From contig OY970195.1 in NCBI GenBank assembly GCA_963708185.1, positions 320,001 through 384,000 on the forward strand: a stretch of DNA of 64,000 nt, in the 5' to 3' direction. This DNA is from Candidatus Peregrinibacteria bacterium. Lineage in GTDB: Bacteria > Patescibacteriota > Gracilibacteria > UBA1369. Made by a program: the position numbers and the translations under genes. The notes under the pieces are model-generated. The model was not told the origin of the DNA, made no database searches, and saw nothing but the letters and a program-made list of their open reading frames with translations. Of this stretch, positions 1-9,811 are shown piece by piece (within the stretch, counting starts at the first letter, position 1; each line of letters opens with the position of its first letter).

Positions 1-1296
1 GGAAGTGATGTCACCGAAAAGTTTCGCACCGTCAGCGTCAAACTGGATGGAGACGTACGGCTGGTAGAGTTGGTCGAACTGCACGTCTGCGTGGACGAAC
101 TGCTGTCCGGTCAGGCCGGTGGTCTGCCATGCGTCCGGTGTAGTGTCGAAGAAAATTTTCTCATATTTTACCTGGGGTTCGGTGGTCGTGTTGCTGGAAG
201 CTTCGGTTACGTTGTCCGCCTTGATGATGTGGAATCCGAACTCGGTTTGAGTGACCGGTGAGAGGTCTCCATTTTTCTGGAGAGCGAGCGCAGCGGTTTC
301 AAATTCTTTGGCGTAGGTTCCGTCACCGGTGACCGGCTGATCGAGCACTCCACCCTTGTCCTTGTTGGAAGCGTCGTCGGAATACTGTTTGGCGAGGTCG
401 TCGAAGTTCGCTCCGCCCTGAAGTTTCTTGAGAACGTCGTCGGCCAGTGCTTTCGCTTCATCCTGTGAGCGCGTGACGCTCGCGTCGGCACGGGTAGCTC
501 CCTTGTAAGCGATGAGGATGTGGCTGACTTTTACCTGTCGTTTTTGTGCATCAGTTTTTTGCTGGTCCCGTTTGTCGAGCAATTTCACGACATAATAGCC
601 GTTGCTCTGAGTCAGGCTTCCGCTGGCGTCCACGGTGTATTCTCCCTGGGCCGGAATGAGCTGAGGATAGGTATCACCGGGTTTGAGTTTGTTGAAAAGG
701 ATGTCGGTCAAACTAGAAGAGACCTGGTCTTTAAACTGGTAGTCGACGTCGTTGAAGGTGACTTTTCCGGGGCTGGAAAGCTGTTCCTCTTTTCCTGCCA
801 CGGCCAGATCTTCGCCGTTCTGGACTCGATCAAGTAAACTCTGGGCTTCGTTTTTTACATCGGTTTGCGTCGTTGTGTCCTGAGTCGTGCGTTGTTCCTT
901 GAATTCGAGCTGAATGGTTTTTCCCACGACTTTTTTCGCTTCTTCAAGATCTTTGACACCGGCGAGTTCAACGATGAGGTGTTGTTCTTCGCCGACGGTG
1001 GAAAGATAGATGTTCGGTTCGGAAACGCCGAGGCTGTTGACGCGGTTGTTGATGACGTTCATGACCCCGTCCACGATGCTCGGCTGGTCAGCCTGGGGAA
1101 CTTTTTGGAGGTCGATCTTATAGTCGAGCTGAGATCCCCCCTGGAGATCGAGTCCGAGGTGATATTTGCTGTCGAGGACTCCTTGCGGCGTTGGAGGGAA
1201 TATAGATTTTTGCTGTTCTGCAGGCAGGTTAATAAACCCGAGAATCAAAGCGGTAAGGATGATGACTCCTACTTTGAGAAAATGGCGGTTCTTCAT
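1..1296 (-). CDS. secD: Protein translocase subunit SecD with inserted parvulin-type PPIase domain(s); 3' end runs off the window
   Basis: Not in the ORF track (no stop within the window). Manual translation from ATG at 1296 gives an N-terminal TM, LGLDLQGG, NRVNSLGVSEP and IVELAGV (SecD). These are followed by VSHILIAY...NFDDLAKQYSDD...KGGVL...TEFGFHIIK (parvulin), then LTGQQF...PYVSIQFDADGAKLFGDIT (SecD P1 head). Confidence 0.9.
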   Translation of the reverse strand, partial: MKNRHFLKVGVIILTALILGFINLPAEQQKSIFPPTPQGVLDSKYHLGLDLQGGSQLDYKIDLQKVPQADQPSIVDGVMNVINNRVNSLGVSEPNIYLSTVGEEQHLIVELAGVKDLEEAKKVVGKTIQLEFKEQRTTQDTTTQTDVKNEAQSLLDRVQNGEDLAVAGKEEQLSSPGKVTFNDVDYQFKDQVSSSLTDILFNKLKPGDTYPQLIPAQGEYTVDASGSLTQSNGYYVVKLLDKRDQQKTDAQKRQVKVSHILIAYKGATRADASVTRSQDEAKALADDVLKKLQGGANFDDLAKQYSDDASNKDKGGVLDQPVTGDGTYAKEFETAALALQKNGDLSPVTQTEFGFHIIKADNVTEASSNTTTEPQVKYEKIFFDTTPDAWQTTGLTGQQFVHADVQFDQLYQPYVSIQFDADGAKLFGDITS

Positions 1297-1326
1297 AATG
1301 CGTTAGAGGATAAAAGTTTTAAAATT

Positions 1327-1743
1327 TTATGATTGACGGTGTTGTTGGGAGAGCTGGCGGTCAAGTTCCTCATTGTTGCCTTTTCCGCTTCGTCCGTAGT
1401 CGTCGGCGAGTTTTACGACGTCATGCAGCTCAGGTGAAGAGACTTCGAAGATTTTTGAATCTTCAAGCCCTTCAATGCGATGGATAGTATATGGATAAAT
1501 GTCGAATTTGTCACCAGGACTTAAAATCTTCTCCATAAGGTTTTTTTCGTTTTCTCCGTAGGTCAGTTTGACTTTTCCTTCATAGACATATTGGGTCTCG
1601 GTCTTTTTTTCGTGATACTGCAGGGAAAGTCTCGCTCCTTTGCGGACTTCGAGAATTTTCCCGGCGTACTTGTCGGTATGGGCGAACCATACTTCGCGCC
1701 CCCAGGGTTTTTCTTTGATTTGGACGGGAATTTGTTGTGACAT
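1327..1743 (-). CDS. Cupin protein, type II mannose-6-phosphate isomerase C-terminal-like
   Basis: KPWGRE, LSLQYHEKKTE, IHRI and EVS motifs; lies directly downstream of the M1P guanylyltransferase gene. Confidence 0.8.
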   Translation of the reverse strand: MSQQIPVQIKEKPWGREVWFAHTDKYAGKILEVRKGARLSLQYHEKKTETQYVYEGKVKLTYGENEKNLMEKILSPGDKFDIYPYTIHRIEGLEDSKIFEVSSPELHDVVKLADDYGRSGKGNNEELDRQLSQQHRQS

Positions 1744-1750
1744 ACTATAA

Positions 1751-2830
1751 TTAGAGCAATTTTTTATAACGCGATTTCCTGAGTTTTTCGACCATTTTTT
1801 TTACGTCCTGGCTTCTTTTTTTGTCGCAGATGAGCAGGGCGTCATCGGTTTCAACGATAACGAGGTCTTTCACCCCGATCGTGGCGATGAGTTTGTCCTT
1901 GGTACCATAGATAAGCGATCCGTGGGTGTCAATTCCAAGGTGTTTCCCTTTGACGAGATTGTTTTCGTTTCCGTGGACGAGTTCGCTGAAAATGGAGTCC
2001 CAGGTGCCGACGTCGCTCCAGCCGAGTTCCGCCGGAATGATCCTTACCTCCTTTGGATCGATTTTTTCCATGACGCCGTAGTCGATAGATATTTTGTCGC
2101 ATTCAGGATAGAGTTTCTGGATGACGTTTTTTTCATTTTTCGTCCCCAGACTTTTTTGTATTTTCACGAGGTTGGAGTAGGTTCTCGGCAGGTGTTTCTT
2201 GAATTTATTGAGGATGGTCTCAACCCGCCAGACGTACAGTCCGGTGTTCCAGAGATATTTGTAGGAATTTAAAAAACCGATGGCAGTTTTGAGGTCGGGT
2301 TTTTCGGTGAATTTCTCGAAAGAGAAAACTTCGACGCCGTTGATTTCCCTGAGCATTTTGCCGATTTTAACGTAGCCGAGGTTGACGTTGGGAAATTTGG
2401 CTTTGACTTCGATGATGTTGAGGGTGTTTTCGTCTTTTGCAAGTTTTTCGGCTACTTTCAGTTTTTTGACGAATTCATCCTTTTTTTGAATAAGGTGATC
2501 GGCGTAGATGACGGCCATGACCTCTTTGGGGTGTTTTTTGCCGAGGCAGGCTGCGGCAAGTCCGATCGACGGTGCGGTATCGCGGAGCGCGGGTTCGAGA
2601 ATGATGTGAGAGGATGGAACTTTTCCCTTGGTTTGTTCCCGTACGGCGGATTCGTATTCCGCGTTGGTCGATACGTAGATGTCCCGGGGTTTCAGGAAAT
2701 TCAGGCGAGCGATGGTGTCCTGCAGCATGGTTCTGTCGCTGACAAGTTTCTGGAACTGTTTCGGTTTGTCGGTGCGGCTGAGCGGCCAGAGTCTTGTTCC
2801 GGTGCCGCCGGCCATGATGACTGCTTTCAT
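1751..2830 (-). CDS. manC: Mannose-1-phosphate guanylyltransferase
   Basis: IMAGGTGTRLWPLSR..PKQF, FTEKP, WNTG, SIDYGVMEK and WSDVGTW motifs. Confidence 0.93.
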   Translation of the reverse strand: MKAVIMAGGTGTRLWPLSRTDKPKQFQKLVSDRTMLQDTIARLNFLKPRDIYVSTNAEYESAVREQTKGKVPSSHIILEPALRDTAPSIGLAAACLGKKHPKEVMAVIYADHLIQKKDEFVKKLKVAEKLAKDENTLNIIEVKAKFPNVNLGYVKIGKMLREINGVEVFSFEKFTEKPDLKTAIGFLNSYKYLWNTGLYVWRVETILNKFKKHLPRTYSNLVKIQKSLGTKNEKNVIQKLYPECDKISIDYGVMEKIDPKEVRIIPAELGWSDVGTWDSIFSELVHGNENNLVKGKHLGIDTHGSLIYGTKDKLIATIGVKDLVIVETDDALLICDKKRSQDVKKMVEKLRKSRYKKLL

Positions 2831-2834
2831 GGAG

Positions 2835-4370
2835 TTAGGTTAGGAGGCTTTTTCCGGTCATTTCTTCGGGTTGTTGAATGTCGAGCATCCTGAGGATGGT
2901 CGGAGCGATGTCTTCAAGGCTTCCTCCGTCGCGAAGTTTGTTTTCTTTATAACGGGGAGAGCACAAGAGAAAAATGACGGGGTTTTTGGTATGGGAAGGA
3001 CAGGGTTCTCCGTTTTCTTCATAGATCATGTATTCGGCGTTGCCGTGGTCGGCGGTGATGATGAGGTCGTACCCTTTTTCAAGCGCTTTTTGGCTGATGC
3101 GTCCGATGCATTCGTCCACGACTTCACAGGCCGTGACAGTGGCCTTGTAGTCGCCGGAATGCCCCACAAGGTCCGTGTTTGCAAAATTCTGGACGATAAG
3201 GCTGTAATCGCTCGAGTCCATTTCCTTAATGACGGCGTCGGTGACGCCGCGTGCGCTCATTTCAGGCTTCTGCGCATATGAAGGGGTTTTCGGTGAGTCG
3301 ACGAGAACTCGTTTTTCGTTTTTGAAAGGAGTTTCGACCTGACTGTTGAAAAAATAGGTGACGTGAGCGTATTTTTCGGTTTCGGCTATCCGCAGCTGAT
3401 GAAGTCCGTTCTGTTCAATGACGCTCCCGAGGTTGTTTTTGACCTGTAGTGTGGGAAAAACCACAGGAGCAGTTTTCGAATAATCCCCAAAACAGACGAA
3501 GAAAGGCCTGACCGTTTTTTCAGGTTTGAAGCCAATCTCGGTTTCTCCAGTGAAGCATTGCGTGATCTGCCGCGTACGGTCGGTCCGGAAATTCCAGAAA
3601 ATCACCGCATCCTTATCGGTGATGACGCCGGCTTTATCAAATACAATGGCGTCGATGTAATAATCGCTCTGGGCTCCGCGCGTATAGGCGTTTTGAATAG
3701 CCTGCAAGGGATCGGTCTCTTCATGGCCTTTGCCGAGCGTGTAGAGGTCGTATGCGACTTGGGTGCGGTCCCAGTTTTTGTCCCGGTCCATGGCGTAATA
3801 GCGTCCGATCATCGTCGCGATTTTCGCTTCAGTGGAAGATCCCGGCCCCATCTGAAGTTCGGCGATTTTTTGCTGGATCATCGTGACGTATTTGTCTGCG
3901 CATTTTTCAGGAACGTCGCGGCCGTCGGTAATGGCATGGATATAGGTTTTTGGGACACCCTGATCTTTCGCCAGCTTCAGAAGCGCAAAAAGATGGTCGG
4001 TGTGCGAGTGCACGCCCTGATCAGAAATCATTCCGAGAAGGTGGAGCGCTCCGTTGTTGTTTTTCACCCTTTCACAGGCTTCGAGAAAAGCCGGTTTCGT
4101 AAAAAAATCTCCATTGTGGATGGATCGGTTGATCTCTTCAAGTGCCTGAAAAACGATCCTGCCAGCACCAATGGTGAAATGTCCGACTTCAGATCCTCCC
4201 TGGGTGCCCTCGGGCAATCCAACGCTTTCTCCGTGAGCCTTCAGCAGGGTGTGTGGGTACTCTTTCTTCAGCTGTTCGAGATTCGGCATCTTGGCATGAG
4301 TGATGGCGTTTCCCGGGTAGTCTTTACCCTCGCCGAAGCCGTCGAGGATCATGAGGTACACTTTATTCAT
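2835..4370 (-). CDS. gpmI: 2,3-bisphosphoglycerate-independent phosphoglycerate mutase
   Basis: ILDGFG, GSEVGH, GRYYAMDRD, AETEKYAHVT, DLVGH and TADHGNAE motifs. Confidence 0.96.
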   Translation of the reverse strand: MNKVYLMILDGFGEGKDYPGNAITHAKMPNLEQLKKEYPHTLLKAHGESVGLPEGTQGGSEVGHFTIGAGRIVFQALEEINRSIHNGDFFTKPAFLEACERVKNNNGALHLLGMISDQGVHSHTDHLFALLKLAKDQGVPKTYIHAITDGRDVPEKCADKYVTMIQQKIAELQMGPGSSTEAKIATMIGRYYAMDRDKNWDRTQVAYDLYTLGKGHEETDPLQAIQNAYTRGAQSDYYIDAIVFDKAGVITDKDAVIFWNFRTDRTRQITQCFTGETEIGFKPEKTVRPFFVCFGDYSKTAPVVFPTLQVKNNLGSVIEQNGLHQLRIAETEKYAHVTYFFNSQVETPFKNEKRVLVDSPKTPSYAQKPEMSARGVTDAVIKEMDSSDYSLIVQNFANTDLVGHSGDYKATVTACEVVDECIGRISQKALEKGYDLIITADHGNAEYMIYEENGEPCPSHTKNPVIFLLCSPRYKENKLRDGGSLEDIAPTILRMLDIQQPEEMTGKSLLT

Positions 4371-5186
4371 TTAGATTTTGAGAAGGGTCAAGTACCAGGC
4401 AAGGATTTCATTTCCGTAAAGGATGGTAGCAAAAGTTCCAAAAACCAGAAAGGGTGTAAAGGGGATTTTTGATTTCGCTTTGAGGGCTTTGATCGCAAGA
4501 AGAATGATGCAGAGGATGGCTCCGATGAGATAGCTCAGGCTTACCGCTACGATGAGCAGTTTCCATCCGAACATGACGGCCATGGCCAGTGCGACGTACA
4601 CGTCGCCTTCTCCCAGCCATTTCCCCTTTGAGATGAGACGTTGTCCCCCAAAGAAGACCAGTGCCCCTCCGACGGCGATGATAATGCTTGGAAAGTCGGC
4701 GGCTTGCGTCAGGAGCGTCCCCAAAAGGCCGACGACGATAAGCGGATACACAAGGACGTCGGGAACTTCCATGTATTGGAGATCGAAAAAGAAAATCCCG
4801 ATGAGCAGTGTACTGTTGACGGTCCAGAACAGGTACTCTAAAGCGGCCGCTCCGTCGATGGCATAGTTTCCCAAAACCGTCGCGTTATCCACGATGAAAG
4901 GAAAGCGCAAATACATGAGCAGGAATATGAGCGCCGTGGTGATCTCCAGGAAGAAGTAGTAGATCGAGATCGGTTTGTGGCAGTAACGGCAACGACCGCC
5001 CAGCAGGATGTAGTTGAGAACGGGAATGAGATCGAGCGTGCTCAGATTTTTTTTGCAGTGAGGACATCGTGATCTTCCGATGATGGCTCCTTTTTGTTTA
5101 TGCTTGAGACGGTAGATCACGACGCTGAGGAAGCTGCCGACGCTCGCTCCGAGAATGGCGAGGAAAATCATGACGATCGCTGACAT
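4371..5186 (-). CDS. pilD: Type IV prepilin peptidase (A24)
   Basis: GSFLSVVIYR, two CxxC motifs (CPHC, CRYC), GEGD, IPFTPFL and multiple TM segments. Confidence 0.92.
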   Translation of the reverse strand: MSAIVMIFLAILGASVGSFLSVVIYRLKHKQKGAIIGRSRCPHCKKNLSTLDLIPVLNYILLGGRCRYCHKPISIYYFFLEITTALIFLLMYLRFPFIVDNATVLGNYAIDGAAALEYLFWTVNSTLLIGIFFFDLQYMEVPDVLVYPLIVVGLLGTLLTQAADFPSIIIAVGGALVFFGGQRLISKGKWLGEGDVYVALAMAVMFGWKLLIVAVSLSYLIGAILCIILLAIKALKAKSKIPFTPFLVFGTFATILYGNEILAWYLTLLKI

Positions 5187-5197
5187 GTGGAAGGGGA

Positions 5198-6688
5198 TTA
5201 GTGGATAGTGGTTGGTCCGACGATATTCGCCGTGGCGATGGAAGGATCCGATTTTGTTTTTGCGATGAGCGTGTTATAGCGTTCTGCGGCGGCGTTGCCG
5301 ATGGAGTTCCCGCTGCCGAGCTGATTGGCTTTGACGTAGAAGCTCAGGGCTTTGTCGAACTGTCCGCGTTTTTCCCAGAGCCAGCCCAGATTCAGATAGG
5401 CCGCGTCGAGTTTGGGGTCAAGTTTGAGCGCCTCCTGCAGATTTTTTTCGGCGTCGTCGAGCTGTCCGGTTCCGACCATGGCCCACCCGATGAGGTTATA
5501 GCTCATCGGCTGACCGGGATGGCTCTTGAAAGCTTTTTGTGCCAGCGCCAGCGCCTTGGAAGGTTCGTTGAGTTTTTCGATGTAAAGCCACATCGGACGA
5601 ATGTAATAGTTGATGTTGTCATCGTTTAACGACACCACGTTTTCATACAACTGCGCGGATTTGTCGTACTGGTTAAGCTCAAGATAGATTTCGGCGAGCT
5701 TCTGGTCAACCTGGATGCTGGGCTGGAACCCGAGATTTTTTGCCTGTTCAAGAGCCGATGCCGCCTGCTGCAGGTTGTTTTGCCCGTAGTAGGCCAGACC
5801 CAGGTAGAAGAAAGTTTCAGGTTTTTGCGGATCAAGAAGTTTTGCCTGTTCCAGTGACTGTACGGCGTCCTGATACTGTCCGATGTTGAGATATGAATAA
5901 CCGAGAATGATCCAGGCGTCGCGGTAGTCTTTTTCATCCTTGATGACCTCGAACAGCAAAGGAATGGCCATCTGGTACTCTCCGGTCTGGGCATAGCTGC
6001 GGGCCAATAGGGTTTTGAGATGGGTCGGTTGTCCTCCCTGGTTGAAGTCGAACTCGCTGAAAGCTCCGAGATAATTCTGGGCTTTCTTGCTGATGTCTTC
6101 CGATCCGCCGAGGTCGACGGCTCTCGTCAGAAGATTTTTGCTGTTTGCATAGTCGCCATAGTAGGCGGCGAGGATTCCTTTGTAGTATTCGACGGTCTGG
6201 TTGGTGTCGGCGGTCAGGCTGTTGAAGAGCGTCCGGGCTTCATCGGTTTTTCGTTCCTGGAGCAGCGTTCGGCCCAGGTAGATTTGGGCATCTATATTCC
6301 CGGGTTGGAGCTCGACGGCTTTTTTGAAATTCTCTTCAGCTTTGGCGTAATCGGCAGTCAGAAGCTGGATGCGTCCTATTTTCAGAAAGGGATCCGCATT
6401 CGAAGGGTCGAGAGCGTTCGCCTGCTGGTATTCCGCAATGGCCAGACTGTAGTATTGATTGTCTTCCAGGAGTTGACCGCGGTTGATGTGTTCGGTGTAG
6501 GTCTGGGCTCTTGAAACTTTATCTTCGGCTAAGAAACTCGGCAGTGCTTCCTGCGTTTGTTGCTGCGTCGGAGCTGCGGGATAGAACGGTCCGCCCGGTT
6601 GAAAGGGAGGGATTTCGAAAACGTAGAGTCCCGCCACGACGAAGCCGAGGAAAATGATTGTCGTCAGAAATGTGAGGATTTTTTTCAT
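5198..6688 (-). CDS. Membrane-anchored tetratricopeptide-repeat protein
   Basis: N-terminal hydrophobic anchor followed by many TPR-pattern repeats (e.g. A..LDP...AY.NLG). Confidence 0.85.
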   Translation of the reverse strand: MKKILTFLTTIIFLGFVVAGLYVFEIPPFQPGGPFYPAAPTQQQTQEALPSFLAEDKVSRAQTYTEHINRGQLLEDNQYYSLAIAEYQQANALDPSNADPFLKIGRIQLLTADYAKAEENFKKAVELQPGNIDAQIYLGRTLLQERKTDEARTLFNSLTADTNQTVEYYKGILAAYYGDYANSKNLLTRAVDLGGSEDISKKAQNYLGAFSEFDFNQGGQPTHLKTLLARSYAQTGEYQMAIPLLFEVIKDEKDYRDAWIILGYSYLNIGQYQDAVQSLEQAKLLDPQKPETFFYLGLAYYGQNNLQQAASALEQAKNLGFQPSIQVDQKLAEIYLELNQYDKSAQLYENVVSLNDDNINYYIRPMWLYIEKLNEPSKALALAQKAFKSHPGQPMSYNLIGWAMVGTGQLDDAEKNLQEALKLDPKLDAAYLNLGWLWEKRGQFDKALSFYVKANQLGSGNSIGNAAAERYNTLIAKTKSDPSIATANIVGPTTIH

Positions 6689-6694
6689 GATCGT

Positions 6695-7189
6695 TTAAGA
6701 CTGGGCAACGAGTTCGCGCATGCGGAGACTGTTGGCATGGCAGATGGCCAGTGCCAGCGCATCGGCCGCATCATCGGGGTGGGGCATTTCGTCCATTTCC
6801 AGGATCAGCTGGACCATTTTCTGGACCTGTCGTTTTTCCGCTTTTCCATAGCCGCAGACCGCTTCTTTGACCTGCTGGGGTTTGTATTCGGCGATCTCTT
6901 GAGGTCCTAAGGCGAGCTGTTGGAGGATGGCGCCGCGGGCCTGTGCGACCTGGATGGCGGTTTTGACGTTTTTGCTGAAAAAAATTTCTTCGATGGCCAC
7001 GGCCTGGGGTTTCCATTCTTTGACGATCGTCTGCAGGTCGTCATAGATTTGCCGCAGTCTTTCCGCAAACGGAAGACCCGGTGGTGTTTTAATGCATCCG
7101 TAGTCGAGAAGCTGGTGTTTTTGTCGTCCCGTTTCAATGATGCCGAATCCGATGGTCGCAGTTCCGGGATCAATGCCTAAAATTCGCAT
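6695..7189 (-). CDS. ruvC: Holliday junction resolvase RuvC
   Basis: ILGIDPG, AIEE, GYGKAEKRQV and DDAADALA motifs. Confidence 0.96.
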   Translation of the reverse strand: MRILGIDPGTATIGFGIIETGRQKHQLLDYGCIKTPPGLPFAERLRQIYDDLQTIVKEWKPQAVAIEEIFFSKNVKTAIQVAQARGAILQQLALGPQEIAEYKPQQVKEAVCGYGKAEKRQVQKMVQLILEMDEMPHPDDAADALALAICHANSLRMRELVAQS

Positions 7190-7231
7190 GTGGACACATC
7201 AAAAAAGTTATCCCTATTGTAGCGAATTCTC

Positions 7232-8638
7232 CTAGATTTTGATAGTGGAAATCACTTTTTCCGAAGTACTGGCGTTGCTGATGATGACGATCTTATCGTC
7301 TTTTTTTACGAGCCGGTGTTTCAGGAGGATTTTTTTGATGTCCGGAACGAAATGTTTGAAATTGATGTCGTGGACGATGATCTCTTTGATTCCCCATACC
7401 AGTGAAAGCTGACTTTTGACTTTTTCGTCGGGAGTGATGGTGACGATGGGGATGTATGTCCTGTGTTTTGCAACGTGCTGCGCGGTGAATCCCGACTGGG
7501 TAATGGTGACGATGAGTTTCGCGCCGATGTTCATGGCGAGCTTGGTGCCGTTCATACAGGTGGCGTAGGACACTGGCGTGTTTTCGAGGAAGAGGCGGTT
7601 GGGCTGGAAATCTTTGTGTTTTTTCAGGAATCCTTCCACCGATGTCGCAGCTCTGGCGAGGGTTTTCACCGCTTCGATCGGATATTTGCCGACGGCGGAT
7701 TCGTTGGAGAGCATCACTGCATCGGAGTGGTCGAAGACGGCGTTGGCGGCGTCGCTCATTTCGGCGCGCGTCGGACGGGGGTTTGTCACCATCGACTGAA
7801 GAATCTGCGTCGCGGTGATGACGGGTTTTCCGTGAATGTTGGAAAGACGGATCATTCTTTTCTGCACGAGGGGGACCTGTTCGGCTGGGATTTCCACACC
7901 GAGGTCTCCGCGAGCCACCATGACGCCGTCGGTTTCGATAATGATGCTTTCGAGGTTGTCCACGGCTTCGTGCCTTTCGATTTTGGCGATGATTTTGGCG
8001 CGCCCTTTTTTGCGCCGGATGAGTTCACGCATCTCGATGATGTTTTTTGCGGACTTCACGAAAGACATCGCCACGTAATCAACGTCGTTCTTGAGGGCGA
8101 AAAACAGATCCTTCTTGTCTTTTTCGGTAATGGGGTTCGCGCTGATGGAAGCGGTCGGGACGTTGATGCCTTTATGGCTGAAGATGGTTCCTCCGTTGAT
8201 GACCCTGCAGGTTATGTCCGTCGGAGTCACTTTGAGAACTTCCATTTCATACAGTCCGTCGTCCATCAGGATATGGTCGTTTTTTTTGACGTCCTTCGGG
8301 AGGTCCTTGTATTGGACCGGGATGATGTTGTCGTGACCGGTAATTTTTTTCGTCGTCAGGACGATGGTTTGTCCTTTTTTGATGGTGATGCCTTTTTCGG
8401 GCATTTCGCCCACGCGTATTTTCGGTCCCTGAAGGTCCTGCATGATGGCGACAGGAACGCCGAGTTTTTTTGAAATCCGGCGGATGTTGCGGATGAGTTT
8501 CGCGAATTCGGCATAGTCCCCGTGCGAAAAATTAAGCCGGGCCACGTTCATGCCGGCTTTGATCATTTTTGCGATCATTTGTTCGCTTTCGCAGGCAGGC
8601 CCCATGGTGCAGACGATTTTTGTGTTTCTTTGATTCAT
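7232..8638 (-). CDS. pyk: Pyruvate kinase
   Basis: TKIVCTMGP, ARLNFSHG, DLQGPKIR, MVARGDLGVE and PTRAE motifs. Confidence 0.97.
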   Translation of the reverse strand: MNQRNTKIVCTMGPACESEQMIAKMIKAGMNVARLNFSHGDYAEFAKLIRNIRRISKKLGVPVAIMQDLQGPKIRVGEMPEKGITIKKGQTIVLTTKKITGHDNIIPVQYKDLPKDVKKNDHILMDDGLYEMEVLKVTPTDITCRVINGGTIFSHKGINVPTASISANPITEKDKKDLFFALKNDVDYVAMSFVKSAKNIIEMRELIRRKKGRAKIIAKIERHEAVDNLESIIIETDGVMVARGDLGVEIPAEQVPLVQKRMIRLSNIHGKPVITATQILQSMVTNPRPTRAEMSDAANAVFDHSDAVMLSNESAVGKYPIEAVKTLARAATSVEGFLKKHKDFQPNRLFLENTPVSYATCMNGTKLAMNIGAKLIVTITQSGFTAQHVAKHRTYIPIVTITPDEKVKSQLSLVWGIKEIIVHDINFKHFVPDIKKILLKHRLVKKDDKIVIISNASTSEKVISTIKI

Positions 8639-8648
8639 TGAAAGTATT

Positions 8649-8897
8649 CTATCCTACTGTGAGGTTTTGGAAAATGTCCAGTTTGGCGTTGGCAGAAGTT
8701 ACCGTCTGTTTCGCCTTTTCTTTGTAGCCGTTACTGACGTCTTCGCCGGAAGAAGGGAGAGCTTCTTTCTGCGTTTCGGGAGACTGAGGAGGAGCTTCCT
8801 GCGTTTTTTCCACGGGAGGTGGCTGGGTCTGCTGTTCAGGGTTCGGTTTGGCCTGTTGCTGGAAGATCAATCTGTTTTCTTTGAAAATGTTCATCAT
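8649..8897 (-). CDS. Hypothetical small Gln/Pro-rich protein
   Basis: ATGA overlap with the upstream ORF; co-oriented within the gene run. Confidence 0.55.
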   Translation of the reverse strand: MMNIFKENRLIFQQQAKPNPEQQTQPPPVEKTQEAPPQSPETQKEALPSSGEDVSNGYKEKAKQTVTSANAKLDIFQNLTVG

Positions 8898-9223
8898 GGC
8901 GTTAACGTTTTAATGTCGTTTTCGAGTGTTTCCATCACTGCCTGTTCACGCTGGGTGTAGATTTCCTCAAGTTTTTTTCGTGTGGCGGTGCCACTGTGTT
9001 CGATTTCGCTTTTGAGCTGAGACAGGGCCTGATCAAGTAACTGTTTCTGTTCGTCAAAAATTTTTTTACGTCCTTCCACATCCGTTTCCGGGACCGTTTT
9101 CAGTTTCTCGTTCGTTATTGCCGCGACTTCGTCGCAACGTTTGTTGAACGCGGCTTGAAGTTTAACGAGATAGTCCCGCTGCACGTTGATGGTCTGCGTG
9201 TACATTTCGTCGTTTGTTGGCAT
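8894..9223 (-). CDS. Hypothetical helical/coiled-coil protein
   Basis: 109-aa ORF, tightly packed and co-oriented. Confidence 0.7.
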   Translation of the reverse strand: MPTNDEMYTQTINVQRDYLVKLQAAFNKRCDEVAAITNEKLKTVPETDVEGRKKIFDEQKQLLDQALSQLKSEIEHSGTATRKKLEEIYTQREQAVMETLENDIKTLTP

Positions 9224-9228
9224 ATCGG

Positions 9229-9732
9229 TCAGGTGGTTATTTTTTTTATTTTCTTTGACGTCGCGGCGCGAATGTCTTCCTGCTCTTTAATTGCCGCTTT
9301 GCTGCGTTCGACGAGTTCGAGTATCTCTTCGACGTTTTTTTGCATGGCGATGATTTTCTCCACTTTTTCTTTCATCTGCCGGAGTTTTTCCGGACTGTAC
9401 GATTGATAGTTTTTCGCCAGGATCAGTTCCTGCTGGTCCCTGAAGTTTTTCATGTCGCGGAGGGGACCCGCGCGGAAGTTGTTCTTAAGGTTTTCCAGTT
9501 CTTCCTCCGTCATTTTTTGTATTTTTATTTTGATGACTTTTACCACGCTTTCAAAATCGAACGGTTCCGCGGGATCATTGTATTCGCTCAATGGAGAGAT
9601 CATTCCGTCGGCGATAAACCAGTTTTTGTCGCTTTTCAGGAGTTTTACTTCCAACGAATAAACGAGGTCTTCGATTTTCAATCCCCCGAGCGTAAGTTTT
9701 TGTGATCCTTCCTTTGGGGCTTTTCCGGCCAT
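9229..9732 (-). CDS. Hypothetical protein (Lys/Glu-rich, coiled C-terminus)
   Basis: 167-aa ORF; first gene after an AT-rich intergenic region. Confidence 0.7.
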   Translation of the reverse strand: MAGKAPKEGSQKLTLGGLKIEDLVYSLEVKLLKSDKNWFIADGMISPLSEYNDPAEPFDFESVVKVIKIKIQKMTEEELENLKNNFRAGPLRDMKNFRDQQELILAKNYQSYSPEKLRQMKEKVEKIIAMQKNVEEILELVERSKAAIKEQEDIRAATSKKIKKITT

Positions 9733-9811
9733 ATGCTGTTTTTATGGTTTCTTTTAATTATAACATAAAACAACCCTTTTAGAAAGGCTGACCGGAAATG
9801 TTCAATGGAGT

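Noticed and set aside
3558-8473. Long antisense ORFs (e.g. 3558-4472, 7463-8473; similarly 22141-23079, 31314-32273, 34669-35520)
   Set aside because: They lie opposite well-supported genes and have the F/V/D/R-rich composition typical of shadow ORFs.
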